Shown here in pieces: positions 10,357 through 20,091 of a DNA stretch of 64,000 nt. The stretch spans positions 1,312,001 through 1,376,000 of the forward strand of contig OY843751.1 of assembly GCA_963693055.1 (NCBI GenBank), given 5' to 3'. The DNA is from a bacterium (lineage in GTDB: Bacteria; Zhuqueibacterota; Zhuqueibacteria; Residuimicrobiales; Krinioviventaceae). Position 1 is the first letter of the stretch. Each line of letters begins with the position of its first letter. Position numbers and translations under genes: made by a program. The notes beneath the pieces were generated by a model. It was given only the letters and a program-made list of their open reading frames with translations. It was not told where the DNA came from and did not search any database.

Positions 10357-11271
10357 ATGATGTTTGATATAGAAATCAAAAATTTGAGAAAATCCTTTGG
10401 TGATGTCACTGCTGTAGATAATTTAAATCTACAGGTAAAACCCGGTGAAATGGTAGGACTCATTGGTCCCGATGGAGCAGGCAAAACCACAACCATTCGG
10501 ATGTTATGCGGACTCTTGTTCCCCGATAGTGGCTCGGCTTCTGTATGCGGATTTGATGTGCAAAAACAATTGGATGATATACGGGCCGTGATTGGCTATA
10601 TGCCGCAGCGATTTTCACTTTACCCTGATTTGACGGTTGCGGAAAATCTGCGCTTTTTTGCCGATCTGTTTCAAGTGCCCAAAAAAGAGCGGGAAGATCG
10701 TCTTGAACGGTTACTCCAATTCAGCCGCTTGGGACCCTTTTCCAAACGGCGGGCCAATGCATTATCCGGTGGGATGAAACAGAAACTGGCCCTGAGTTGT
10801 ACGCTGATCCATACACCCCGGTTGTTGTTCCTGGACGAACCCACGACCGGTGTGGACCCGGTTTCGCGTTTAGAGTTTTGGCAGATCCTTAAAGAGTTAA
10901 AGGACGAGGGAGTAACCATTCTGGTGACTACTCCTTATATGGATGAGGCCGAACGCTGTGACCGGGTAGCATTCATCCACAAGGGACAAATATTGGCAAT
11001 TGAAGAGCCGCAAAAAATTCCAGATTTGTTTACCATGCGCTTGTTTGAATTACAATGCAGTGACTTTGTTAAAGCTGCACGTATTCTGGAAAACAGAAAA
11101 GGCATTGCCTCTGTGCAGATTTTTGGTGACCGTGTGCACCTTGCCGGTGAGGATGAGCAAAAACTCAGGCAAGCGGTGGAATCTGCAATGCGGAATGCAG
11201 AATTGACTGATTATGAATTAAATAATTTAGTACCAACCGTTGAAGATGTATTTGTAGAATTGATGCGATAA
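10357..11271 (+). CDS. ABC-2 type ATP-binding protein (YbhF N-half-like)
   Basis: GPDGAGKTT, LSGGMKQK, DEPTTGVDP. Confidence 0.92.
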   Translation: MMFDIEIKNLRKSFGDVTAVDNLNLQVKPGEMVGLIGPDGAGKTTTIRMLCGLLFPDSGSASVCGFDVQKQLDDIRAVIGYMPQRFSLYPDLTVAENLRFFADLFQVPKKEREDRLERLLQFSRLGPFSKRRANALSGGMKQKLALSCTLIHTPRLLFLDEPTTGVDPVSRLEFWQILKELKDEGVTILVTTPYMDEAERCDRVAFIHKGQILAIEEPQKIPDLFTMRLFELQCSDFVKAARILENRKGIASVQIFGDRVHLAGEDEQKLRQAVESAMRNAELTDYELNNLVPTVEDVFVELMR

Positions 11272-11275
11272 AATT

Positions 11276-12004
11276 ATGAAAGATATATCAGTAAATGTAA
11301 AACAGTTGACCCGTCAGTTTGGCAAGTTTACCGCTGTAGACCGCATTGACTTTGAGGTTTACGACGGAGAGATTTTTGGATTCTTAGGCGCCAATGGTGC
11401 GGGTAAAACCACTACGATCCGGATGTTGTGCGGATTGCTGCTGCCTTCCTCAGGCGAAGCCAGTGTAGAAGGGTTTGATGTCTATACGGAAACAGACAAG
11501 ATCAAGCAGAATATTGGGTACATGTCGCAAAAGTTTTCCCTGTATGAAGACCTTACCGTGCGCGAGAATATAGAGTTTTTTGGCGGAGTATATGGATTGT
11601 CTGACAGTGAACTGAAACAAGCCAGAGAACACACAGTAACAGAATTTGGATTAGGAGATGTTTGCAATAAACTCACCCGGGAATTGCCATTGGGATGGAA
11701 ACAGCGCCTGGCTTTGGGATGTTCTTTAGTGCATCAGCCCCATATCCTTTTTTTGGATGAGCCTACCGGTGGTGTGGACCCTATTTCGAGAAGGGATTTT
11801 TGGGAAAAAATTTACCAGCTTGCTGAAGGCGGAACCACCATCTTTGTAACCACTCACTATATGGATGAGGTGGAATATTGTAACCGAATATCCATCATGC
11901 ATGCCGGTAAAATTGTGGCAATGGATTCTCCCGGTGAATTGAAAAAGCAATACCAGAAAAAGACAATCGAAGATGTGTTTATTCATTTGATAAGCAGAGA
12001 TTGA
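11276..12004 (+). CDS. ABC-2 type ATP-binding protein (YbhF C-half-like)
   Basis: GANGAGKTT, degenerate LPLGWKQR signature, DEPTGGVDP. Confidence 0.92.
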   Translation: MKDISVNVKQLTRQFGKFTAVDRIDFEVYDGEIFGFLGANGAGKTTTIRMLCGLLLPSSGEASVEGFDVYTETDKIKQNIGYMSQKFSLYEDLTVRENIEFFGGVYGLSDSELKQAREHTVTEFGLGDVCNKLTRELPLGWKQRLALGCSLVHQPHILFLDEPTGGVDPISRRDFWEKIYQLAEGGTTIFVTTHYMDEVEYCNRISIMHAGKIVAMDSPGELKKQYQKKTIEDVFIHLISRD

Positions 12005-12006
12005 TC

Positions 12007-13116
12007 ATGAAGTCTAGAATTATACCAATCATACGTAAAGAGTTTATACATATACTGCGTGATCCGCGCAGTTTGGCAATTATCTTTATTATGCCAACCT
12101 TGATGGTTATGCTGTTTGGTTATGCAATTACCTTTGATATAAAAAATATCAATATCGCAGTATTGGACCAGGACCATAGCCGGGCATCACGCGAGTTGAT
12201 TGACCAGTTTTCTAATAGCGGGTATTTTACGATCGTAAAGTATTTGAACAATCGGGAAGAGATTGAAGAAGATATCATGTTCCGCCAGTTCATTGCGGCA
12301 ATTGTGATACCCAATGATTATCAGGAATCTCTCGATACCGGAAACCCCGCACAGGTACAACTTTTGGTTGATGGATCAAATGCCAATACCGCAACTATTG
12401 TGATCAATTACATTCGGGCTGCAATAAGCGCGTTGACCCTGAATATTAATGCCAACATTATCAAGATGCCAATCAATATTGAACCACGGTTTCTTTATAA
12501 TCCGGATTTAAAAAGTTCACATTTTATTGTGCCCGGTTTGCTGGCAGTACTCATGATGATGATTTGTGCCATGCTGACATCCATTACAATTGCGCGAGAA
12601 AAAGAAACGGGTACCATGGAGCAGATTATAGTATCTCCTGTAAAATCACGCGAGATTATCATTGGCAAGGTTACGCCTTATATTGGTGTTGCATTTCTGG
12701 TCTCAACTGCTGTGCTGATTTTTTCCAAAGTGGTTTTTGATGTGCCTATTCGCGGAAATATTTTGCTGCTGGCGCTGTTTTCTCTGGTGTTTATTTATGC
12801 CTCTTTGAGTATTGGTGTGTTTATTTCCACCAAAGCCAAAACCCAGCAGGTTGCACTTATGCTCTCTATGGTGGGAACGCTGCTGCCGTCTATTTTATTA
12901 TCCGGATTCATGTTTCCGGTATTTGCCATGCCGCTGTTTTTACGGATCATGTCATATATCGTTCCCGCAAAATATTTTATCGTGATCACCCGTGGCATTA
13001 TGCTAAAGGGAATAGGAGCTGAGGTTTTGTTTCCCCAGGCGCTTTTTCTGTTTGTCATTGGGACCATTTTGCTTTTTATCAGTTCCAAAAATTTTAAAAC
13101 CAATCTGGAGAGTTGA
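12007..13116 (+). CDS. ABC-2 permease (YbhS-like)
   Basis: KEFIHILRD, YNPDL...VPG, AREKETGTMEQ. Confidence 0.9.
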   Translation: MKSRIIPIIRKEFIHILRDPRSLAIIFIMPTLMVMLFGYAITFDIKNINIAVLDQDHSRASRELIDQFSNSGYFTIVKYLNNREEIEEDIMFRQFIAAIVIPNDYQESLDTGNPAQVQLLVDGSNANTATIVINYIRAAISALTLNINANIIKMPINIEPRFLYNPDLKSSHFIVPGLLAVLMMMICAMLTSITIAREKETGTMEQIIVSPVKSREIIIGKVTPYIGVAFLVSTAVLIFSKVVFDVPIRGNILLLALFSLVFIYASLSIGVFISTKAKTQQVALMLSMVGTLLPSILLSGFMFPVFAMPLFLRIMSYIVPAKYFIVITRGIMLKGIGAEVLFPQALFLFVIGTILLFISSKNFKTNLES

Positions 13117-13117
13117 G

Positions 13118-14245
13118 TTGCGAAAAATCAGATTTATCATACGCAAAGAGTTTCAGCAGATTCGTCGCGACAGGGCCATGCTGGCTATAATATTTGTGCT
13201 GCCGGTTATTCAGTTGATTTTGATGGGATATGTGATTTCTTCCGAAGTTCAGAATATATCAATGGTGGTTTGTGACCTGGACAACTCGTCTATGAGTCGG
13301 GAAATGATTAACCGGTTTACCACATCAGGATATTTTCATATCAATTATTATGAGAAAAATCAGGATAAACTGCTGGATTATTTAGACCGCGGCAAAGTCA
13401 CCGGGGCTATTGTTTTTCCAAAGGATTTTTACGAAAATATTGTAAATGGACAACCGGCATCTATTCAACTGTTGCTGGATGGTCAGGACTTTAATGGTGC
13501 TACTATTACGCTTGGGTATATAAATGGCATTTTGCAACAGTTTTCTACTGAGAATCTTGAAAAGCAAATGGCCAATTTAAAACTGGCAGGAATCAGCCCC
13601 AAACTTATCCAGGTGGAGACACGTGTCTGGTATAATCCCAATTTGGAATACAGCGATTACATGGTGCCCGGTATTGCGGTTTTTTTACTGACCATGGTTA
13701 CGGCATTGTTGAGTGCAATGGGACTGGTGCGCGAGCGCGAGATCGGTACACTGGAGCAATTGGTAGTAACTCCTATATCCAAGTATCAGTTATTGATTGG
13801 CAAGATACTGCCGTTCGTGATTTTGGGAATCCTCGAGTTTGCAATTGCTTTGGGATTTGCCAAACTGTGGTATCACATCCCCATGAATGGCAACCTGGCA
13901 CTGTTTAGTGTGTTTGCTGTGGTATATCTCTTTACTTCATTAGGCGTGGGATTGTTTGTTTCCGCAACCGCGCAAACCCAGCAGCAGGCCCTTTTTATGG
14001 CCTGGTTCTTTATGGTTTTTCTGTTTTTAATGTCGGGATTTGTGTTTCCTATAGAGAATATGCCGCAGATTGCTCAATATTTGACTTATATCAATCCCAT
14101 GCGGTATATGATTATTGTGATTCGGGAAATATTTATCAAAGGCGCACAGTTTCATCATCTTATGTGGCAGGGCGCTGCTATGGCTGCATTCAGTCTGACC
14201 CTGTTTTTGATATCGGTTAGAAAATTTCAATCGCGAGTAAAATAG
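13118..14245 (+). CDS. ABC-2 permease (YbhR-like)
   Basis: KEFQQIRRD, WYNPNL...VPG, VREREIGTLEQL; TTG start inferred. Confidence 0.88.
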   Translation: MRKIRFIIRKEFQQIRRDRAMLAIIFVLPVIQLILMGYVISSEVQNISMVVCDLDNSSMSREMINRFTTSGYFHINYYEKNQDKLLDYLDRGKVTGAIVFPKDFYENIVNGQPASIQLLLDGQDFNGATITLGYINGILQQFSTENLEKQMANLKLAGISPKLIQVETRVWYNPNLEYSDYMVPGIAVFLLTMVTALLSAMGLVREREIGTLEQLVVTPISKYQLLIGKILPFVILGILEFAIALGFAKLWYHIPMNGNLALFSVFAVVYLFTSLGVGLFVSATAQTQQQALFMAWFFMVFLFLMSGFVFPIENMPQIAQYLTYINPMRYMIIVIREIFIKGAQFHHLMWQGAAMAAFSLTLFLISVRKFQSRVK

Positions 14246-14254
14246 AGGAGCGTT

Positions 14255-15076
14255 ATGCCGGAATTACCCGAAGTTGAAACCATCCGAAAGGGTTTGGAAC
14301 CTGTCATTTATGGCAGCCGCATTCAGAGTATTGATGTGCACGACACCCGTTTGCGCTGGCCTGTGGATGTGGACGCGCTCGATTCATTGGTACAAGGGGA
14401 AATGATTGTGGCTGTTAACCGCCGATCAAAGTATTTGATCTGGCAGCTCTCGAACGACGCGCATGTGGTGATCCATTTGGGGATGAGCGGCAGATTAGGC
14501 GCTTTCAGACCGGATGAGCCGCTGGAGAAACATACGCATCTGGTGTTTCATCTGGACGATGTTGAGGTGCGGTACCGGGATCCCCGGCGCTTTGGTATGG
14601 TAGAGGTGGTGGAACCGGGTGGACTGCAATCATATGTCCGGTTTGCTCATTTGGGACCCGAGCCGTTATCCGATCAATTTAACGCAGACTATATAGCTAA
14701 AGCGCTGAGAGGCAAGAAATTCCTGATTAAAACCGCGATTATGGACGCCCGACTGGTAGTGGGCGTTGGGAACATTTACGCCAACGAAGCGCTGTTTGGC
14801 GCGGGAATCCATCCGCAGCGACCAGCGGGGAGCTTGTCCGGAGATGAAGCGGAGCGGTTGGTAAAATCCATCAAAGATGTTCTCACCGATGCTCTGCACC
14901 GCGGCGGCACCACGCTGAACGACTATCGTAATGCACTTGGGGAAACCGGATTCTTTCAGCAGTATTTGTACGTCTATCAACGTGATGGAGAGCCGTGTCT
15001 CAACTGCGGCAATCCCGTTGAAAAAGTCGTGCTCACGGGACGCAGTACGTTTTTTTGCCCGGAGTGCCAGGGGTAG
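14255..15076 (+). CDS. mutM: Formamidopyrimidine-DNA glycosylase
   Basis: PELPEVET N-terminus, HLGMSG, GVGNIYANE (H2TH), C-terminal CxxC...CxxC zinc finger. Confidence 0.97.
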   Translation: MPELPEVETIRKGLEPVIYGSRIQSIDVHDTRLRWPVDVDALDSLVQGEMIVAVNRRSKYLIWQLSNDAHVVIHLGMSGRLGAFRPDEPLEKHTHLVFHLDDVEVRYRDPRRFGMVEVVEPGGLQSYVRFAHLGPEPLSDQFNADYIAKALRGKKFLIKTAIMDARLVVGVGNIYANEALFGAGIHPQRPAGSLSGDEAERLVKSIKDVLTDALHRGGTTLNDYRNALGETGFFQQYLYVYQRDGEPCLNCGNPVEKVVLTGRSTFFCPECQG

Positions 15077-15246
15077 AATTTGCTTGCTTTTTGAATGGGG
15101 ATTCGGTTTATTATAATATTCAACGAACATTGATATGGGGATATCGGGGTGATGAATTTGTTGTGTTATCCATATTTGTTTATAAATTCTGCTATATGTT
15201 AATATATTGCTTTTCTATGTTATTTATAGTTTATTGGAGAGTTATT

Positions 15247-15876
15247 ATGGATGAAAAATTGCGTGAATACAAGGAGAGACGAACACGCTGGCAAGACAAA
15301 ACAAATAGTCAATTGGGATTTTTAAATAACTTGATTTTGACTATAGGAATTGCTTTTTTAACATTTAATTGCAAAAGTTTTAATTTACAGAATTACAGAT
15401 TGTCTTTTGAAAATATTGATTTCTCTGTATCATTTTTGTTTGTTTCAGTGATTTTGGTATTTTTTTCTATAATTTTAGGACTTGGTCTTGCTTTAAATCG
15501 GTTATGGGATTTTAGGATTACGACACATATTAATAGAGTTCGGCAAAATGTTTATCAATATAGCAAAGATAAGAACAATAACGATAAGAACAACGAAGGT
15601 GAGAAATTGGATGAAAGTACTCCAGATAATTATAATTTATGCGATGTTCTATCAATGTATAGAATTCTAAGTAAAGAAAAATATCCTAATATTACAATTG
15701 AGGATTGTAAAGATTATTTAAAAAATGAAGATGTTAAATTGAAAATAAAAAGAGAGTTTAAAGAACTAAGAGGAATTTCACATAATTTAGGAAGATATTC
15801 CTCGAAACTTGTTAAATTTCAAATAATTTTTTTGGGATGGAGTATCTTTTTCTTTTTGCTGTATATTGTTTTTTAA
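15247..15876 (+). CDS. Hypothetical membrane protein (about 3 TM), AT-rich
   Basis: GGAG RBS before ATG 15247; hydrophobic helices; abrupt drop in GC after mutM. Confidence 0.65.
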   Translation: MDEKLREYKERRTRWQDKTNSQLGFLNNLILTIGIAFLTFNCKSFNLQNYRLSFENIDFSVSFLFVSVILVFFSIILGLGLALNRLWDFRITTHINRVRQNVYQYSKDKNNNDKNNEGEKLDESTPDNYNLCDVLSMYRILSKEKYPNITIEDCKDYLKNEDVKLKIKREFKELRGISHNLGRYSSKLVKFQIIFLGWSIFFFLLYIVF

Positions 15877-16627
15877 TTAGAATTTTTACTCTGGCTGACC
15901 CCCGGCTGGTGGATCGGTCGGAACTGAAAATATAAACTCTGTTAAAAAAAAATGAAGAGTTTTGCGTCAAAAGCGAAATTTTAGACCCAGTCAATTAAAG
16001 ATGTTTAGTGCAATTTTAAAAAAATATTAAGGTCTTTTATGAAAATTGCTTTATTAATTGGTGTTGATAGTTATACGAATGGGGTAAGTGATTTACCAGC
16101 ATGTAAAAAAGATGTTGATTCCATGAAAAGTATTATTCATGCTACAAAGCTATTTGAAAAAATATTAGTGATAAATAACGATTGTAACGGTGAGAATGTA
16201 AAAAAACAAATCACCGACTTTGTTGAAAAATTAATGGATAGTGAAATTGAAGAATTGTTTTTTTATTTCACAGGACATGGTGAATATTATAATAATGAAT
16301 TCTATTATATTCTTTCTGATTTCAATGAACAAAGAAGGAAACAAACAACTTTAGAAAATGAAGAAATAGATCAATGGATTCGTTCTTTAAATCCAAAACT
16401 CACAATTAAAGTCGTTGATGCTTGTAACTCTGGAACATCTTATATAAAAAATGAAACGGCTATTAGTGATTATCTTGAAAAATCAAAAAATAAATTTAAT
16501 AATTGTTATTTTATGTTTTCGTCTAGTCAAACTCAGTATTCATATCAAGATAATGAGTTGAGTCATTTTACACGTAGTTTTCTTGCCTCACTTTTTAAAA
16601 AAAATGATGAAAAGATACGATATAAGG

Positions 16628-17601
16628 TGTGATTTATCTTAGAGTTGTTTACAGTTTTCTACTGAATTGAACCCGTTCCTTTAAAAGAGATAGGGTTCAA
16701 TTCAGTAGAAACGATTTTAAGTGTTGTTTACAATTTCGGGATTTCCTAATTTATATTATTCAAAGGAGATCCTATGGTTATTCACAAACATACTCGATTA
16801 ACGCCGATTCAAAGAGAAACAATTTGTAAATTATATTTCGATGAAAGAAAACGTGTCTGTGATTTAGCTCGTGAATTTCGTGTTAGTCGTCCTACAATCT
16901 ACAAGATAATACATCGTGGGCGTCAAAAAGATTATACAGTTCACAAGAGCACAAACAAACGCTTTCGCTGTTTGAAATACGGCATCAAACGCCTGGCTAA
17001 AATTGAGAAAAAAATTGAAGAAAAACTCAAACGCCAGGCAAAACGATATAATAAGGACTATCCAGGTCAAATGATACACGGAGACACTAAAAAATTGCCC
17101 TTAATCAAGGGAGAATCACCTTTTGAACGCACTGAATACTTGTTTGTAGCTATTGATGACTTTTCAAGAGAGCTATACGCAGCTATTTTACCGGATAAAA
17201 CTCAATTTTCTGCTGAAAAATTTCTGGAACAAGTCGTTGATGAATGTCCATATACAATCGAACAGTATTACACTGATAATGGTACAGAGTACCGAGGTGA
17301 TCCGAATAACCACAAATTTATGCTATTGTGCAAAGAACACGGTATTGAACAAAAATTTACCAAAGTCAGAAGACCACAAACCAATGGAAAGGCAGAAAGA
17401 GTTATACGGACGTTGATTGAACTCTGGCATAATAAAACCATATTTAATTCATCAGCTCATCGTAAAACAGAACTGAAAAGATTTCTTAATTACTATAATG
17501 GAGTAAAACCACATAAAGGTATTGATGGCCTTACTCCTGAAGAAAAACTAATTCAATATTTTTATCCCGATATATTGTAAATAACGCTAGCATTTCTAAC
17601 A
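16628..17601 (+). mobile_element. IS481-family insertion sequence (974 bp)
   Basis: 5'-TGT...ACA-3' ends with imperfect 26-bp IR; 7-bp target duplication TATAAGG (16621-16627 and 17602-17608). Confidence 0.9.
16774..17580 (+). CDS. IS481-family DDE transposase
   Basis: HKHTRLTP HTH, HGDTK, AIDDFSR, TDNG.EY, PQTNGKAER. Confidence 0.93.
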   Translation: MVIHKHTRLTPIQRETICKLYFDERKRVCDLAREFRVSRPTIYKIIHRGRQKDYTVHKSTNKRFRCLKYGIKRLAKIEKKIEEKLKRQAKRYNKDYPGQMIHGDTKKLPLIKGESPFERTEYLFVAIDDFSRELYAAILPDKTQFSAEKFLEQVVDECPYTIEQYYTDNGTEYRGDPNNHKFMLLCKEHGIEQKFTKVRRPQTNGKAERVIRTLIELWHNKTIFNSSAHRKTELKRFLNYYNGVKPHKGIDGLTPEEKLIQYFYPDIL

Positions 17602-18464
17602 TATAAGGATATAATTGACTTTATTTCTGATGATTTTGAAGAAAACACAGCTCAATCTCCTGTTTTTATTACACAAGCGTCTTTTACAGAGATTTTTTGT
17701 CATGTAGATGAAAATATAAAAGATATTATTAAAACGTTGAATATTCAAAGAGAAGATATATTAATCGAAGATAAAATTGAGTCAACAAATATAGCTGAAA
17801 AAAGAAGTCTTGAAGAGATTATAAGTAAGGATTCTGAAAATTGTCGTACAAATGAAGAAGTTGAAATATTTTTAGGGAAAATCAAAACAGAAATAAATAA
17901 TAAAAAGTTCTCATCTGAAATTTCTTCTGTATTTGATTTTCAGTTTAATTTTTCTAAACATGATGAATTTGATAACTTAATTAGCGAAAAAGTGATTGGT
18001 AATTGGCTTTCTAAAAATGAAAATGAGTTTTTTGCTGAAGCAAGAATAGAAGAAGAATCTTATAAAGAAGAAGTCTCAGATTTTTTTAATTATGGATTAT
18101 TTAATCGAGGAACAAAAATAATAACAAAATATAGAGACATTATAGTGGGTTATACTAACACCTCAAATGTTAGTTTTGACATAATTAGAATTGATGCAAA
18201 TTCTAAGTTCCCCAACGTTTTGTCTTACAATTGCACTATATCAATCATTTTATCAAAAAGATCAATTGTATTTTTTTATTTTTATAATCAATATCAGGAG
18301 AAGAACTGGAATCAACGTGAATTACTACCTAATATAAAATGGTCATATTTTGAAAATTTTTTTATTGATGAGAAAAAAACAATTGATTCATTAAATAGTA
18401 TACTCGATGAATATGGAATTTTTATATTAAATAATTTGAAAGAACGATTTAAACTTAATAGTTC

Positions 18465-18514
18465 GTAGCCCGGACTTTGAGTCCGGGGTTGTAAAGAGAA
18501 GATTTTTAGGCTAC
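18465..18514. repeat. REP-like palindrome (GTAG type)
   Basis: GTAG + CCCGGACT-TTG-AGTCCGGG, closed by GGCTAC at 18509-18514; a single copy in the window. Confidence 0.4.
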
Positions 18515-18782
18515 AAATTGTATACGCATCGGAGAACGTTACACTCATCTCCGATGCGGTCGTTCAGGGGTGAGTGTCAGGCTACACTTTGCCAGGCACT
18601 TTTTAAGTACAGTCTAATGTAATATATGATTCTATTTCAAGTGATTGCGAAACACAGTTTCGCATAAAATGTCCAATCCAAGTTGAACTTGGATTGGAGG
18701 AAAAAACGACGTTAAATGTATTGCTTATTGTGCTACAAAGGGGTATTTTTTTAATAATAGTAATAAATCAGGATTTTCACCA

Positions 18783-19070
18783 ATGAACATACACAATCCA
18801 CCGCATCCGGGAGAGTTTATTGATGAGGTTTATTTAAAGCCGTATAATCTCAGTATCCGCTATCTGGCGGCAAAGCTGAATGTATCTCCATCCACTTTCA
18901 GCCGTTTGATCAAGGGGCAGAGCAATGTCAGTTCTGACATGGCCCTGCGGTTGTCTAAAACACTGGGCAGAAGCGCGGAGAGTTGGCTGATCATGCAGAA
19001 CCATTACAATCTCTGGCAGGCGCGTCAGCAGGTCAACCTGGAACAGGTTGAGAAATTGGTCTTAGAATGA
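18783..19070 (+). CDS. higA: HigA/VapI-family antitoxin (XRE HTH)
   Basis: NPPHPGE, MALRLSKTLG, WL.MQ..Y.LW motifs. Confidence 0.9.
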   Translation: MNIHNPPHPGEFIDEVYLKPYNLSIRYLAAKLNVSPSTFSRLIKGQSNVSSDMALRLSKTLGRSAESWLIMQNHYNLWQARQQVNLEQVEKLVLE

Positions 19071-19103
19071 TCTATTCGTAAAATTTATCGAAAGAGGGCA
19101 ACC

Positions 19104-19946
19104 ATGAAAAAACTATTATTGATGTATTTACTGACTGTAATGCCATTATTCGCGCAGCAGCGCACAATCCCCATATGGCCGGGATTAGCGCCGGGCACTG
19201 AGAATCGTGAAAACCATGAAGAGTGGAGAGGTAAAACCAATGTGAAAAAGGTTTATCAACCTGATCTGGCAGTCTTTTTGCCGGAAAATGTAACAACTCT
19301 TACACCTGCAATTCTTGTTTGTCCCGGTGGCGGGTACCGCAATGTAGTGATCGAAAAAGAAGGATACAAGATTGCTCGCTGGTTGAACAAGAACAATATT
19401 GCTGCGTTTGTGCTAAAATATCGTCTGGATCCCGATGAAGCGCTCGAGGATGCCCAACAGGCCATGCGAGTTATTCGGACCAAAGCGGATGAATTTAATG
19501 TTGATGCAGATAAAATCGGGATTATGGGGTTTTCGGCAGGGGGGCACCTGAGTGGTAATCTTGCTACCCATTATCAGATTGTTACAGATGGAGTTGTAGA
19601 CTCTACCAGCGCCAGACCGGATTTCTGGATAGGTGTGTATGGAGAGTATAATTCAATGTCTTCTCAGACCGGTGAGAAATTCTTTTATGAACGTGTGCAT
19701 AAAAATTCTCCGCCAGTATTGTTAATCCATGCGGCAAACGACAGCAAAGTGCCGGTTGCATTCAGTGTAGACATGTTTACCGCTTACCATCAACAGGGAG
19801 CACTGGCGGAATTGCATATCTATGAGCAGGGAAAGCACGGTTTTGCGCTCGAAACCAATCGCAGTAACGAAATCACCAGTACGGTAAACAACTGGTCTGC
19901 TCGTTTATTGGAATGGCTAAAGGTCAGAGGTGTAATAGCATATTAG
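19104..19946 (+). CDS. Secreted alpha/beta hydrolase (esterase)
   Basis: Signal peptide, CPGGGY, GFSAGG nucleophile elbow, D..V, HGF. Confidence 0.88.
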   Translation: MKKLLLMYLLTVMPLFAQQRTIPIWPGLAPGTENRENHEEWRGKTNVKKVYQPDLAVFLPENVTTLTPAILVCPGGGYRNVVIEKEGYKIARWLNKNNIAAFVLKYRLDPDEALEDAQQAMRVIRTKADEFNVDADKIGIMGFSAGGHLSGNLATHYQIVTDGVVDSTSARPDFWIGVYGEYNSMSSQTGEKFFYERVHKNSPPVLLIHAANDSKVPVAFSVDMFTAYHQQGALAELHIYEQGKHGFALETNRSNEITSTVNNWSARLLEWLKVRGVIAY

Positions 19947-19968
19947 AAAAAAATGTTTCAAGAGCAGG

Positions 19969-20006
19969 GCACCAGTTACATAATAGTTTCTGGTGCTTTT
20001 TTTTTT
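19969..20006 (+). terminator. Intrinsic terminator
   Basis: GCACCAG...CTGGTGC stem followed by a long T tract. Confidence 0.5.
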
Positions 20007-20091
20007 CAAGGATTTTAGTTTTAGTAATGATTAATTATCTCTTCTTGATATTCAATTCTCATGTTGCTATATTGCAAATAATTCTATTAAT

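Larger units (their letters stand above)
16039..18468 (+). pseudogene. Caspase-family (peptidase C14) protein interrupted by IS481
   Basis: ALLIG, FYFTGHG (His) and VDACNSG (Cys) motifs; removing 16628-17608 joins ...KIRYK to DIIDFISDD... in frame with ORF 17737-18468 (482 aa total). Confidence 0.9.

Noticed and set aside
7485-14245. Efflux operon with two separate ATPase genes as something unusual
   Set aside because: Matches the common ybhGFSR-like TetR/TolC arrangement with a split ATPase.
15876-16038. Possible integron attC site between two AT-rich ORFs
   Set aside because: No convincing RYYYAAC...GTTRRRY pair or extended hairpin, and no integrase in the window.
16630-16632. TGA ending the caspase N-terminal ORF as a recoded (Sec) codon or a natural two-gene split
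   Set aside because: The TGA lies inside the IS481 left end; the TSD and the in-frame rejoin explain it.
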